Source of the DNA: Marinobacter sp.
GTDB taxonomy: Bacteria; Pseudomonadota; Gammaproteobacteria; Pseudomonadales; Oleiphilaceae
Length of the DNA: 64,000 nucleotides
Direction: 5' to 3'
NCBI RefSeq assembly: GCF_041984545.1
Contig: NZ_JBHIXV010000006.1
Coordinates: forward strand, 33,739 to 97,738
Shown: positions 51,236 through 61,752 of the stretch, one piece after another
How the letters are laid out: every line of letters begins with the position of its first letter
Position numbering within the stretch: position 1 is the stretch's first letter
Translations under genes and position numbers: made by a program
Notes under the pieces: model-generated
The model's input: the letters and a program-made list of their open reading frames with translations, nothing else
What the model was told of the DNA's origin: nothing
Databases searched by the model: none

Positions 51236-51973
51236 GTGTCCGGAGAGTTTGTATTTGGCTGGCATGCGGTTGAAGCAGTGCTCAAGCGCGAGCCCGAGCG
51301 GTTGCAACAGGTGTGGATCCAGACCGGTCGGCAGGACAAGCGCGTCAAGAGTATTACCGACGCCCTGGACGGTCTGGGTGTGCGTTGGCAGGTAGTGCAT
51401 CGTCGCGAGCTTGACGAGCGGGTGTCCGGCGTCCATCAGGGCATCGTCGCCGCGGTCAGTGAGAGTCGGGAGTGGACCGAAGACGATCTCCTGGCCCAGC
51501 TCGCCGCCAGTGATAAACCGCCCTTTCTGCTGGTGCTCGACGGGGTGACTGATCCGCATAATCTGGGCGCCTGCATGCGAACCGCCGATGCCGTGGGCGT
51601 TCAGGCGGTGATCGTGCCCAAGGACAAGTCGGCATCGCTCACCCCGGTGGCCCGCAAGGTGGCCTGTGGCGCGGCAGAAACCGTGCCCTTCGTGCGGGTA
51701 ACCAACCTTGCGCGCTTTCTGCGCAGCCTGCAGGACCAGGGTGTCTGGCTGATCGGCACTGCCGGGGAAGCCCAGGCAACGCTGTACCAGGCGGACTTCA
51801 AGGGGCCTGTGGCCCTGGTGATGGGTGCGGAAGGCAAGGGCATGCGCCGGCTTACCCGTGAGCACTGCGATCAGTTGATCAACATCCCCATGCTTGGCCA
51901 TGTTGACAGTCTCAACGTTTCGGTGGCGACTGGCGTGTGTCTGTACGAGGCCCTGCGCCAGAGACTTGGTTAA
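51236..51973 (+). CDS. rlmB: 23S rRNA Gm2251 methyltransferase
   Basis: [27 protein letters not shown]. Confidence 0.97.
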   Translation: MSGEFVFGWHAVEAVLKREPERLQQVWIQTGRQDKRVKSITDALDGLGVRWQVVHRRELDERVSGVHQGIVAAVSESREWTEDDLLAQLAASDKPPFLLVLDGVTDPHNLGACMRTADAVGVQAVIVPKDKSASLTPVARKVACGAAETVPFVRVTNLARFLRSLQDQGVWLIGTAGEAQATLYQADFKGPVALVMGAEGKGMRRLTREHCDQLINIPMLGHVDSLNVSVATGVCLYEALRQRLG

Positions 51974-51976
51974 CCC

Positions 51977-52005
51977 TTGCACACTGACCGTTACCCGCCT
52001 AGAAT
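51977..52005 (+). promoter_or_regulatory. Sigma70 promoter of the rpsF operon
   Basis: TTGCAC-17 nt-TAGAAT. Confidence 0.75.
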
Positions 52006-52137
52006 ACGTGACCCCTTTTTCAAGGGGCGGTTTTGTATTGCCTGAACGCGGGCGGTGCTGAACCGAGCTTTTGATCAAGCCTTTCTTGTAAAGCCTTATT
52101 GATAAAGCAAAAAGAAACCGGCAGCCGATGCTGTCAA

Positions 52138-52217
52138 CTCCTTGCTTTCATGTTCGCCGGGTGCAGAGCCCTGCGCCGCAGGTGAAAAGAAAGCTGTTTA
52201 AACCGTAGGGAGAACTC
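52138..52217 (+). ncRNA. S6:S18 ribosomal-protein leader (autoregulatory cis element)
   Basis: CTCCTT pairs with the SD AGGGAG; inner GCTTTC/GAAAGC stem; unpaired CCG just 5' of the SD helix, matching the known rpsF leader layout. Confidence 0.75.
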
Positions 52218-52634
52218 ATGCGTCACTACGAAATCGTATTTATGGTACATCCGGATCAGAGCGAGCAGGTGCCCGCGATGATCGAGCGTTATACCAGCGT
52301 CATCACTGAAGATGGCGGCAAGGTACATCGCCTGGAAGATTGGGGCCGTCGTCACCTGGCTTACCCGATCAACAAGATCCACAAGGCTCACTACGTGCTG
52401 ATGAACATCGAGTGTTCACAGGCTGCGATGGACGAGCTGACTCACAACTTCCGGTTCAACGACGCCATCATCCGTGACCTGATCCTGCGTCGCGATGAAG
52501 CCGTTACCGATCTGTCTCCGATGAAAGCCGCCGAGTCCCGTGAGGACCGTCGTTCCGGCGGAGACGACCGTCCGCGCCGTTCAGCCGAATCCGACGACCG
52601 TCGTCAGGCTGAATCCCAGGACGAAGAAGAGTAA
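52218..52634 (+). CDS. rpsF: 30S ribosomal protein S6
   Basis: [30 protein letters not shown]. Confidence 0.99.
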   Translation: MRHYEIVFMVHPDQSEQVPAMIERYTSVITEDGGKVHRLEDWGRRHLAYPINKIHKAHYVLMNIECSQAAMDELTHNFRFNDAIIRDLILRRDEAVTDLSPMKAAESREDRRSGGDDRPRRSAESDDRRQAESQDEEE

Positions 52635-52659
52635 TCAACCGGAGTTGAGGAGTTAAGAT

Positions 52660-52890
52660 ATGGCTCGTTTTTTCAGACGTCGTAAGTTCTGCCGGTTCAC
52701 GGCAGAGGGTGTCAAGGAGATCGATTACAAGGATCTGGACACCCTGAAAGGCTACATCACTGAAACCGGCAAAATCGTGCCCAGCCGCATCACCGGCACC
52801 AAAGCACGTTATCAGCGTCAGCTGGCCACCGCTATCAAGCGCGCCCGCTACCTGGCACTGCTGCCGTACTCGGACAGCCACGATAACTAA
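52660..52890 (+). CDS. rpsR: 30S ribosomal protein S18
   Basis: [26 protein letters not shown]. Confidence 0.99.
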   Translation: MARFFRRRKFCRFTAEGVKEIDYKDLDTLKGYITETGKIVPSRITGTKARYQRQLATAIKRARYLALLPYSDSHDN

Positions 52891-52916
52891 GTAACAGAAA
52901 CACAGGACCCGGGACC

Positions 52917-53783
52917 ATGCGTGCACTGGCACAGTATGTAATGCGCGGTCCCCTGCAGGCCGGCGGGGTAGCAGCAGTCACGACTGCGGTACCTTTGCTG
53001 TTCTGGATTGGCGCAGCAGTTGTCGGCCTGGTGATCCTCAGGCTTGGCATCAGTCAGGGGCTTAATATTGGCCTCTGGGCCTTGCTACCGGCCCTGGGCT
53101 GGAGCATTTTCGGGCAGGACCCGACCGCCCTGGCGGTATTGCTTCAGGTCATGCTGATGGCAGCGCTTTTGCGAACCACACTGTCCTGGGAAAAGGCCCT
53201 TCTTGGAGGGAGTTTCCTCGGAATCGTCACAGGTCTTATGTTGCCTGTGATCTACCCGGGTTTGCTGGACGATCTGGTCCAGGCCGGGGTGAGCTTTTAC
53301 CAGCAGTACAATGCCGAAATTGCGAAGAGTCTCGGAGATGATCTTGAGAAAGTGATCCGGGACACGATGAACGCGAGCATGGCGGGCACCTACCTGGCAA
53401 CAGGTGTGGGCATGACCATGCTGGCGCGGGCCTGGCAGGCAGGGCTTTATAACCCTGGCGGATTCCGCAAGGAATTCCACGGTCTGCGTCTGTCGCCCCC
53501 GATTGCGGTGTTGTGCGCGGTGACCATGGTGGTAGGGCCGGTACTCGGGCTCAACTCCATGCTGCTGGCCTGGGCTGCGGGAACCCCGCTGTTCCTGGCC
53601 AGTCTGGCTCTGGTTCACGGCGTGGTTGGTATCAAGAAGCTGAGCGGACAGTGGTTGGCGCTGTTTTACGTGGCACTGGTTCTGCTGGGCCCGACCCTGA
53701 TGATTCTGTTAGTAGTTCTGGCTTTTGTGGATAGCTGGCTGGATATCCGGAGGCGTATACAACCCGCCGGGCCGGCTGAATAA
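52917..53783 (+). CDS. YybS/DUF2232-like membrane protein
   Basis: [25 protein letters not shown]; usual position between rpsR and rplI. Confidence 0.85.
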   Translation: MRALAQYVMRGPLQAGGVAAVTTAVPLLFWIGAAVVGLVILRLGISQGLNIGLWALLPALGWSIFGQDPTALAVLLQVMLMAALLRTTLSWEKALLGGSFLGIVTGLMLPVIYPGLLDDLVQAGVSFYQQYNAEIAKSLGDDLEKVIRDTMNASMAGTYLATGVGMTMLARAWQAGLYNPGGFRKEFHGLRLSPPIAVLCAVTMVVGPVLGLNSMLLAWAAGTPLFLASLALVHGVVGIKKLSGQWLALFYVALVLLGPTLMILLVVLAFVDSWLDIRRRIQPAGPAE

Positions 53784-53803
53784 AGCACGAAGAGGTTAAC
53801 GAG

Positions 53804-54250
53804 ATGGAAGTTATTCTGCTCGAGAAAGTAGCAAACCTTGGCGCCCTGGGTGACAAGGTCAAGGTCAAGGCCGGTTACGGTCGTAATTTCCTGCTTCCCT
53901 ATGGCAAGGCCGTTCCTGCCACCGAAGCAAACCTGAAGGCGTTCGAAGAGCGTCGCGCCGAGCTTGAGAAGGCTGCAGCTGAGAAGCTGGCCGCTGCCCA
54001 GGCCCGTGCCGAAGCCCTGGAAGGCGCCTCCTTCACCATCACTTCCAAGGCAGGTGAGGAAGGCAAGCTGTTCGGTTCCATCGGTGTCCGTGACATCGCT
54101 GACGCCGTTACTGCCGGTGGCACTGAAATCGAGAAGAGCGAAGTTCGTCTGCCGGAAGGCCCGATCCGGGTGACTGGCGAGTACGACATCGAGCTTCAGC
54201 TGCACTCCGATGTGGAAGTGACCATCAAGCTGGCGGTTGTTGCCGAGTAA
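53804..54250 (+). CDS. rplI: 50S ribosomal protein L9
   Basis: [33 protein letters not shown]. Confidence 0.99.
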   Translation: MEVILLEKVANLGALGDKVKVKAGYGRNFLLPYGKAVPATEANLKAFEERRAELEKAAAEKLAAAQARAEALEGASFTITSKAGEEGKLFGSIGVRDIADAVTAGGTEIEKSEVRLPEGPIRVTGEYDIELQLHSDVEVTIKLAVVAE

Positions 54251-54483
54251 TCCGCTTTCCCCGGAAGGTGGATCGGGACTCTCTCCCGACCCGGTAGATT
54301 GCTGGCGGCCCTAGCCGCCTCTGCGGAGGCGGTACCAGGCCGGTCCAACAGGCCCGATCCGCCCCTGGCGGCTTTCGGGCCTGTTGCTGTCTGATATCCT
54401 GTTACCTTGCTGTAACCCTCTCCCATTGTCGCCACAGGTCGCTTACACTGTTGTGGTTCCGACGTCCAACTGAAGAAGTGTGC

Positions 54484-55890
54484 ATGGCCAAGCCCAATCT
54501 CAAGCCCGCGAGTACCGATCTCGAAACCAGTCGTATCAAGGTTCCGCCGCATTCCGTGGAAGCCGAGCAGGCGGTCCTGGGTGGCCTGATGCTCGATAAC
54601 CGGCGCTTCGACGAAATCTCCGAAGTGATCTCGGCCGCCGACTTCTATCGCCAGGATCATCGGCTCATCTTCGGCGCCGTGGAGCGCCTGGCCAGCGAAA
54701 ACGAACCCCTGGACGTGGTTACCCTGGCGGAGTTTCTGGAGCGGGCCGGCGACATCGAAGATGCCGGCGGCCTGGCCTATCTGGCTGAACTTGCCGAGAA
54801 AACGCCCGGGGCAGCCAATATCCGGGCCTATGCCGACATCGTCCGGGAACGTTCCATCCTGCGCCAGCTGGTGGAGGTATCGGGCAAGATCTCTGACTCC
54901 GCCTTCAATCCCCAGGGCCGCAACAGCAACGAGATCCTCGACGAGGCCGAGCGCAGTGTGTTCCAGATTGCCGAGGCCCGGGTCAAGGAGGGCTCCGGCC
55001 CCCAGGCCATCAATCCGATTCTGGCCAAGACCCTGAGCCGGATTGAGGAATTGTTCGAATCCGGCGAGCAGACCACGGGCCTGACCACGGGTTTCAAGGA
55101 CCTGGACGAACAGACGTCCGGCATGCAGCCTTCAGACCTGATCATCGTGGCCGGTCGACCCTCCATGGGTAAGACCACCTTTGCCATGAACATTGTGGAG
55201 AACGCCCTGATCAGCACCGGCACGCCGGTACTGGTGTTCAGTATGGAGATGCCCGCGGACGCCCTGGCCATGCGTATGCTCTCCTCCCTGGGGCGAATCG
55301 ACCAGACCAAGGTGCGCGGCGGCAAGCTCGAGGAAGACGACTGGCCCCGGCTGACCTCGGCGGTCAGCCTGCTCAAGGACAAACCGCTGTACATTGATGA
55401 CACGCCGGGCCTGAGCCCGACGGAAATGCGCTCCCGGGCACGTCGCATTGCCCGTGAGAACGACGGCAAGATTGGCCTGATCATGGTCGACTACCTGCAG
55501 TTGATGCGGGTGCCGGGCAACACCGAGGGACGGACCGCCGAGATTTCGGAAATCTCCCGGTCACTCAAAGGTATTGCCAAAGAACTGAGCTGCCCGGTGG
55601 TGGCCCTGTCGCAGCTGAACCGAAGCCTGGAGCAACGGCCCAACAAGCGCCCGGTCAACTCGGACCTGCGGGAGTCCGGCGCCATCGAGCAGGATGCTGA
55701 CGTCATCATGTTCGTGTACCGGGATGAGGTCTACAACGAAGACACGCCCGACAAGGGCATTGCCGAAATCATCATCGGCAAGCAGCGGAACGGGCCGATC
55801 GGCACCATCCGCCTGGCGTTCATCGGCAAGTACACCAAATTCGAGGACCTGGCCCACGGCGATTACAGCGATTACGGCGGGGAGTATTGA
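54484..55890 (+). CDS. dnaB: Replicative DNA helicase
   Basis: PPHSVEAEQAVLG, AGRPSMGKT, DYLQLM, SDLRESGAIEQDAD; no intein seen. Confidence 0.99.
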   Translation: MAKPNLKPASTDLETSRIKVPPHSVEAEQAVLGGLMLDNRRFDEISEVISAADFYRQDHRLIFGAVERLASENEPLDVVTLAEFLERAGDIEDAGGLAYLAELAEKTPGAANIRAYADIVRERSILRQLVEVSGKISDSAFNPQGRNSNEILDEAERSVFQIAEARVKEGSGPQAINPILAKTLSRIEELFESGEQTTGLTTGFKDLDEQTSGMQPSDLIIVAGRPSMGKTTFAMNIVENALISTGTPVLVFSMEMPADALAMRMLSSLGRIDQTKVRGGKLEEDDWPRLTSAVSLLKDKPLYIDDTPGLSPTEMRSRARRIARENDGKIGLIMVDYLQLMRVPGNTEGRTAEISEISRSLKGIAKELSCPVVALSQLNRSLEQRPNKRPVNSDLRESGAIEQDADVIMFVYRDEVYNEDTPDKGIAEIIIGKQRNGPIGTIRLAFIGKYTKFEDLAHGDYSDYGGEY

Positions 55891-56966
55891 TGCCACGCCC
55901 GACCGTCGCGCGGATTGATCTGGAGGCCCTGCGCCACAACTACAGCACTGCCTGTCAGCGGGCCGGTAACGCCCGGGTGATGGCGGTGGTCAAGGCCGAC
56001 GGATACGGGCACGGCATTGCCCGGGTGGCTTCCGCGCTGGCTGATCTGGCGCCGAAATACGCGGTTGCCTGTCTTGAGGAAGCCGTGGCTATTCGCGAGG
56101 CGGGGTTGGCACAGCCGGTGGTGTTGCTGCAGGGGGTGCACGCCGAACCAGACCTTGCCAACTGTGCAGAGCAGGGCTTCGAGCCGGTGCTGCACAGTTG
56201 GCAGCAACTGACCTGGCTGGCCGACTCCCGGAACCGGCCCAGACTTTGGCTAAAGGTCAACTCGGGTATGAACCGGCTGGGTTTTCACCCTGAAGAGTTA
56301 GCAAACGTCATGCAAAGGCTTGATCGGGCCGGGGCGCTGGCAACGTTTGAGGGGTTCGTGACTCACTTTGCCTGCGCCGATGACGTGGACAGCTCCATGA
56401 CGGTAAGGCAGACCGAGGTGTTCGAGCAGGCCACGGCGGCCTGGCCGGACCGTATGCGCAGCGTTGGCAACTCGGCAGCCCACTTCCTTCCGGGGCAACC
56501 GCTGTACGACTGGAGTCGGCCCGGCATCATGCTGTATGGCGGCTCTCCGATGATCGGCAAGACCGGTCGGCAGCTGGGCCTGGAGCCGGTCATGTCTCTG
56601 GAAGCACCACTGATCAGTACCCGAATGGTGCCCGCTGGCGAGTCGGTGGGCTATGGCGCCAGTTGGGTGGCCGACCGGGACACCCGGATGGGCATGGTGG
56701 CGATTGGCTATGGCGATGGCTACCCGCGGCATGCCGGCACCAACACGCCGGCGGCGATCAACGGCCAGCGCATCCGGCTGATCGGGCGGGTATCGATGGA
56801 TATGCTCGCGGTGGACCTGACCGGAGCGCCAGACGCGAAGGAGGGCGACAGCGTCGAGCTCTGGGGCAGCACGGTAGGCGTTGATGAAGTGGCCACCTAT
56901 GCCGGCACCATAGCCTACGAACTTTTGACCGGTATTACCGCCCGGGTAAGACGGCAATACCGCTAG
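55890..56966 (+). CDS. alr: Alanine racemase
   Basis: AVVKADGYGHG, SGMNRLG, VGYG, GRVSMD. Confidence 0.97.
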   Translation: MPRPTVARIDLEALRHNYSTACQRAGNARVMAVVKADGYGHGIARVASALADLAPKYAVACLEEAVAIREAGLAQPVVLLQGVHAEPDLANCAEQGFEPVLHSWQQLTWLADSRNRPRLWLKVNSGMNRLGFHPEELANVMQRLDRAGALATFEGFVTHFACADDVDSSMTVRQTEVFEQATAAWPDRMRSVGNSAAHFLPGQPLYDWSRPGIMLYGGSPMIGKTGRQLGLEPVMSLEAPLISTRMVPAGESVGYGASWVADRDTRMGMVAIGYGDGYPRHAGTNTPAAINGQRIRLIGRVSMDMLAVDLTGAPDAKEGDSVELWGSTVGVDEVATYAGTIAYELLTGITARVRRQYR

Positions 56967-56984
56967 CGTTCACCGGCTGGGCGT

Positions 56985-57341
56985 TCAGGCCGGTTCCGGC
57001 TCGTGAATGATATCCTCGATAAAATCGAGAATGGCGGCCAGGCTCTGGTCGTCGAGCTTTTTCAGCACCTTGTGAACGACCATCTTGCTGCCCTTGAGCA
57101 TGCTGCCAATGCCCATCCTGGCCATGCCCATCATCATGTTGCTGGCGTGCAGACGACGTAGCGGCTCAAGAAAAAAGAAGTCCAGACCTTGTTCGGTCAT
57201 GTCCACGATCAGGTTGAACAGTTTATCGATGGCTTCCTTGTCGGCCTTGCCCCGTTCGCGCAGCTCATTCACGGTATACAGGGCGCGGGTGCGCAGATCA
57301 TCGGGAATCGGGGCGACAATGTGGCTTTGTTGTTTCAGCAT
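56985..57341 (-). CDS. Hypothetical protein (118 aa)
   Basis: AGGA RBS, helical protein-like composition; no motif recognised. Confidence 0.75.
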   Translation of the reverse strand: MLKQQSHIVAPIPDDLRTRALYTVNELRERGKADKEAIDKLFNLIVDMTEQGLDFFFLEPLRRLHASNMMMGMARMGIGSMLKGSKMVVHKVLKKLDDQSLAAILDFIEDIIHEPEPA

Positions 57342-57507
57342 GACGGTTCCTGTTGTTGTATGCTCTTGAAAGCGATAGCAAAGCGCCTATCACAGACACG
57401 AAAGTTTCAGACTGGGCTCCAGTTTAGAGACCGGACGGTGGAAGCCATTGGCCAGACCGGTTCCGGACAACCGTCATATCAGTGATATCCGGAGGCATTG
57501 ACTCCTT

Positions 57508-58386
57508 GTGCATGTACTTGTAGTTCACGATTACGGCCCCTTGGGGAAGGTTTTGCTGGAACGCCTGCGACAGACGCACCTGCAGGTCAGCCCGCTGCTG
57601 GTCAGCGATCCTTCCAACGCCGATCTCAAGGCCCTGGAGAACTGGATACCCGAGGATACCGACCTGATTGTAAATGCCCTCTGGATGGCCGATCCTGAAG
57701 TGGCGGAGAGCGACCCGGAGAGTGCCCACCTGGCTGCGTTTTCGCTGCCGGTGGCCATGGCCGAGTTCGCCCGGGATCGTGGCATGGCACTGATCCAGCT
57801 GTCGTCCTGCTATGTGTTCGACGGTCGCAAGCAAAGCGGCTATATCACCTCCAACCCCGGTCAGCCGGTCAATGAGCTGGGCAACTGGCAGTGGGAGTGT
57901 GAACAGGCCTTGAGGACGCTCTTGCCCAGGCACATCATCCTGCGCACGGGATGGAGCCTGGCGCGGTTCATCCGCAAGGTGCAGGCCAGCACCGGTGCCA
58001 ATGTGACCCTGTCATTGCCGGGACGCTGTCGGGGACAGCCGGTGGCGGTACGGGATCTGGCGAGGGTGATTGCGGCGATGGTGTTGCAGATCGACTGCGG
58101 GGCAGAGGTCTGGGGTACCTATCAATACGCCGGGGCGGAGGAAATAAACCTGTACGAGCTGGGCCTGGCCATTGCCGGATTGCCGGGAATTCCGGAGGGT
58201 ATCCGCGTGGTGGATGCAGTGCCGGATTGGGGAAACCTGGAGCCGCTGAACACAACCCTGGTGTGTACCAAGATCCGCAATACCTTCGGAATCAAGCAGT
58301 TTCCCTGGCGCTCTGGGCTGGTGGACGAGCTGGCGACGCTCAGGCAGACCAACGGCAGGGAAGTGGAGGGAGAAGCCACCAGCTGA
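57508..58386 (+). CDS. RmlD-like sugar-nucleotide-binding protein with degenerate catalytic motifs
   Basis: IQLSSCYVFDGRK..Y, HIILRTGW, WGTYQY match the RmlD fold. Confidence 0.8.
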   Translation: MHVLVVHDYGPLGKVLLERLRQTHLQVSPLLVSDPSNADLKALENWIPEDTDLIVNALWMADPEVAESDPESAHLAAFSLPVAMAEFARDRGMALIQLSSCYVFDGRKQSGYITSNPGQPVNELGNWQWECEQALRTLLPRHIILRTGWSLARFIRKVQASTGANVTLSLPGRCRGQPVAVRDLARVIAAMVLQIDCGAEVWGTYQYAGAEEINLYELGLAIAGLPGIPEGIRVVDAVPDWGNLEPLNTTLVCTKIRNTFGIKQFPWRSGLVDELATLRQTNGREVEGEATS

Positions 58387-58418
58387 AAAGTTGGTGGCAA
58401 GGGCCCGTTAGCAGGTTC

Positions 58419-59168
58419 TCAGGTGTTGCACTGCCTGGAGAACTCACGAGTCACCATCTGCAGTGCCTCGACATCCAGCAGTTCGACTTCACGCCCCCGA
58501 GCCTTGATGATTCCCTGATTCTGAAACCGGGTAAATACCCGGCTGACGGTTTCGACGGCCAATCCCAGGAAATTGGCAATGTCGTTTCTGGCCATCGGCA
58601 GGCTGAAGTTGGTGGGTGACATGCGTCGACGCCGGAACCGGCTGGACAGGGACAGCAGCAGCGCCGCGATACGCTCTTCCGCCGTGTTCTTGCTCAACAG
58701 CATGGCTAACTGGTGACTGTTCTGGATTTCCTGGCTCATCAGGTGGTACATGTGGTGCTGCAGTTCCGGCAGCTTGACGGTCAGGTCTTCGAGCTTGTCC
58801 ACCGGAAACTCGCACACGCTGGTGCGCTCCAGGGCCTTTGCCGTGCAGGCGTAGTGACTGCCACCAATGCTGTCGAGGCCAATCAGCTCGCCTGGCATGA
58901 AGAACCCGGTTACCTGCTCTTCACCACCCTCGGTGATAATAGAGGTCTTGACCGAGCCGCTCTTGACCGCAAAACAGGAGCGAAAGGGCGTGCTCTGATC
59001 AAAAATGTGTTCACCCCGGTTAAAGATGCGCCCCTGCTGGACAATGTCCTCCAGCCTGTCGAGGTCGTTCTCCTCGATCGCCAGCGGCAGGCAGAGGTTA
59101 CTCAGGCTGCACTGGTGGCAGGATGCTTTCAGGGGAGACGCTTGACGAAAGGGGATACTCTGGGCCAT
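58419..59168 (-). CDS. fnr: Oxygen-sensing transcription factor FNR/Anr
   Basis: CHQCSLSNLC and SVCEF Fe-S ligands; DIANFLGLAVETVSR HTH. Confidence 0.97.
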   Translation of the reverse strand: MAQSIPFRQASPLKASCHQCSLSNLCLPLAIEENDLDRLEDIVQQGRIFNRGEHIFDQSTPFRSCFAVKSGSVKTSIITEGGEEQVTGFFMPGELIGLDSIGGSHYACTAKALERTSVCEFPVDKLEDLTVKLPELQHHMYHLMSQEIQNSHQLAMLLSKNTAEERIAALLLSLSSRFRRRRMSPTNFSLPMARNDIANFLGLAVETVSRVFTRFQNQGIIKARGREVELLDVEALQMVTREFSRQCNT

Positions 59169-59187
59169 GGGGAGAGCAGTGTCCGAA

Positions 59188-59201
59188 TTGATCCTTATCA
59201 A
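59188..59201. promoter_or_regulatory. FNR box upstream of fnr
   Basis: TTGAT-CCTT-ATCAA, exact consensus. Confidence 0.85.
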
Positions 59202-59274
59202 GCTCTCACCTTAATACGGATCGCTGTACTTGCCAATGATCGAGACGAACGATCTTAGATTATAATTTTATAAC

Positions 59275-59296
59275 ATAAGGGCCCGAAGGCCCTTAT
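59275..59296 (-). terminator. Terminator-like hairpin after fabB
   Basis: Minus strand ATAAGGGCC-TTCG-GGCCCTTAT followed by an AT-rich tract. Confidence 0.7.
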
Positions 59297-59315
59297 CAAA
59301 GCGCTCGCGCCCAGC

Positions 59316-60530
59316 TCAGTCCTGGAGTCTCTCGAAAACCAGCGACGCATTGGTGCCGCCAAAGCCGAAACTGTTCGACATCACGGTGTTCAGGGTCGCT
59401 TCTTTGCTCTCGGGCCCGACAATCGGCAGGTCGCCGATTTTCTCATCCGGCGTCGCCAGGTTTTTGGTGCCAGCGATAAAGCCGTGCTCCAGCATCAGCA
59501 GGGAATAAATGGCCTCCTGAACACCGGCGGCGCCAAGAGAGTGGCCCGAAAGGGACTTGGTGGAAGAAATGGCCGGAATGTCGGTGCCAAAGGTCTTGCG
59601 CACCGCACCCATCTCGGCAACGTCGCCCACGGGCGTGCTGGTGCCGTGAGCGTTGATGTAGTCGATCTTGCTGCGGATGGTGGCCATGGCCTGCTGCATG
59701 CAGCGCTGGGCACCCTCACCGGAGGGGGCTACCATGTCATAGCCGTCGGAGGTGGCACCGTAGCCGGTAAGCTCCGCGATGATAGTCGCTCCGCGCTTCT
59801 TCGCGTGCTCCAGTTCCTCGAGCACCACCATGCCTCCGCCACCGGCAATGACAAAACCGTCGCGACCGGTATCGAAAGGCCGTGAGGCGGTGTCCGGGGC
59901 GTCATTGTATTTGGTGGAGAGCGCGCCCATGGCGTCGAACATCATGGTCAGGCTCCAGTCCTCTTCTTCACCGCCGCCAGCGAAAACGATGTCCTGCTTG
60001 CCGGCCTGGATCTGCTCCATGGCGTGGCCAATGCAGTGGGCGCTGGTGGCACAGGCTGAAGACATGGAATAGTTCACGCCGCGAATCTTGAAGGCGGTAG
60101 CGAGACACGCAGAGACGGTGCTGGTCATGATCCGGGGCACCATGTACGGGCCAATGCGTTTCACGCCCTTCTCGCGCATGATATCGGTGGCTTCTACCTG
60201 GCTGGAGCAGGAAGCGCCTCCGGATCCGGCGATCAGGCCGGTGCGGTCGTTCGAGATCAGGTCTTCAGTCAGGCCCGCCTGGGCAATGGCCTGTTCCATA
60301 GCCAGGAAACTGTACATGGCCGAAGGGCCCATGAAGCGGCGGATCTTGCGGTCGATAACGGAGGTATCGACATCCACGGAACCGGCAATCTGGCTGCGAA
60401 AGCCCATCTCCCTGTAGGTTTCATTGAAGCGGATGCCGGATTTCCCCTGCTTCAGGCTCTGCGTTACCTCGTCCAGTGAATTGCCGAGGCAGGACACAAT
60501 GCCCATGCCGGTGACGACGACGCGTCTCAT
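59316..60530 (-). CDS. fabB: Beta-ketoacyl-ACP synthase I
   Basis: [31 protein letters not shown]. Confidence 0.97.
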   Translation of the reverse strand: MRRVVVTGMGIVSCLGNSLDEVTQSLKQGKSGIRFNETYREMGFRSQIAGSVDVDTSVIDRKIRRFMGPSAMYSFLAMEQAIAQAGLTEDLISNDRTGLIAGSGGASCSSQVEATDIMREKGVKRIGPYMVPRIMTSTVSACLATAFKIRGVNYSMSSACATSAHCIGHAMEQIQAGKQDIVFAGGGEEEDWSLTMMFDAMGALSTKYNDAPDTASRPFDTGRDGFVIAGGGGMVVLEELEHAKKRGATIIAELTGYGATSDGYDMVAPSGEGAQRCMQQAMATIRSKIDYINAHGTSTPVGDVAEMGAVRKTFGTDIPAISSTKSLSGHSLGAAGVQEAIYSLLMLEHGFIAGTKNLATPDEKIGDLPIVGPESKEATLNTVMSNSFGFGGTNASLVFERLQD

Positions 60531-60640
60531 ACATTCCTCCTTACCGGCCGACCCGATTGGCCAACCCTGTGATCATTTACCCTGTCCGACAGTCTAGGCT
60601 GTTTGCGCCGGATACGATATTTGACCTTGGTAAGGGGCGG

Positions 60641-61510
60641 TTACTCGCCGGCTTCTTCCAGTTCGCGTCGCTCCCGCTCCACCATCTCCGGCGTTTCCAG
60701 GGAGATGCGCCCGAGTGTGCCGGCCCGGAATTCGTTCAACAGCACCTCGGACACCTTGTGCAGGTCGGGCACGCCTCCGCGACTGAAAAACCGGCGTTTG
60801 GCTGCGATGCCGTCCATCAGCGCCAGTCCATCCCGGGGCAGTTCCTCAAAGCCGTAGCGGGCTTTGACCAGTTTCGGATAGGCGGCCAGCAGAAAGTCGG
60901 CCTCAAAAAGGGCAACATCCTCGAAATCGAGCACCGCGCTTCGTATTGCACCGGTGATCGCCAACCGGTAGCCGCAGGCCTCGGGCGACAGCTTGGGCCA
61001 GAGAAAGCCGGGCGTGTCGTAAAGCAGAATGTTGTGGGGCAATTTGATGGCCTGTTGCGCCCGGGTCACCGCCGGCTCGTTACCGGTCTTGGCAGCCGGT
61101 CGACCGGCCAGGGTATTGATCAGCGTGGACTTGCCCACGTTGGGAATGCCCAGGATCATCACCCGCAGCGCGCTCTTCTGCCGATCGTGGGTCGGGGTCA
61201 TGGCCTCGGCCAGTTTCAGAATGTCGAGGGCCTCGTTGCGCTGGTTGTGGGTGAGGGTAACCGCCCGCACCCCGCGCTCTTTCTCCAGCCAGGTCTGCCA
61301 CTGGGAGGTCACCTCCGGATCGGCCAGATCCCGCTTGTTCAGCACCTTGATCAGCGGGGTATCGCCGCGCAGGGCCGGCACCAACGGATTTTCGCTACTG
61401 AACGGAATGCGCGCGTCCAGAACCTCGATGATGAGATCCATCTGCGGCATGACTTTCTTGATCTCCTTGCGGGCCTTGTGCATGTGCCCTGGAAACCAGT
61501 TGATGGCCAT
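60641..61510 (-). CDS. ylqF: Ribosome biogenesis GTPase RbgA/YlqF
   Basis: INWFPGHM, DARIP, circularly permuted order NKRD, GIPNVGKST, DTPG. Confidence 0.95.
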   Translation of the reverse strand: MAINWFPGHMHKARKEIKKVMPQMDLIIEVLDARIPFSSENPLVPALRGDTPLIKVLNKRDLADPEVTSQWQTWLEKERGVRAVTLTHNQRNEALDILKLAEAMTPTHDRQKSALRVMILGIPNVGKSTLINTLAGRPAAKTGNEPAVTRAQQAIKLPHNILLYDTPGFLWPKLSPEACGYRLAITGAIRSAVLDFEDVALFEADFLLAAYPKLVKARYGFEELPRDGLALMDGIAAKRRFFSRGGVPDLHKVSEVLLNEFRAGTLGRISLETPEMVERERRELEEAGE

Positions 61511-61752
61511 TGTGTTGCTCCGGGAATGAATAAACGGCGCCATTATGAAGCGGAATGACCAAACTTTCACATTTGTTTGAACCCCCGTGTGTGGCGGGAT
61601 CTGGCCCGGGTTTCTGCGAAGTATGTATAAAAAGAGGGCTGATCGGGGTGAAAACCGGTAGGCGTATGCTTTAGGGTGTAGGTCCTGAACGATGAAACCA
61701 ACGCACCGAGGTGGTCCCAAGGCAGCGACCACCAACAGTAACGGAGACATTT

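Noticed and set aside
52635-52659. Absence of priB between rpsF and rpsR
   Set aside because: Normal for pseudomonad-like lineages.
61560-61680. CpxR or PsrA sites upstream of the spy-like gene and ylqF
   Set aside because: Only half-site or weak matches.
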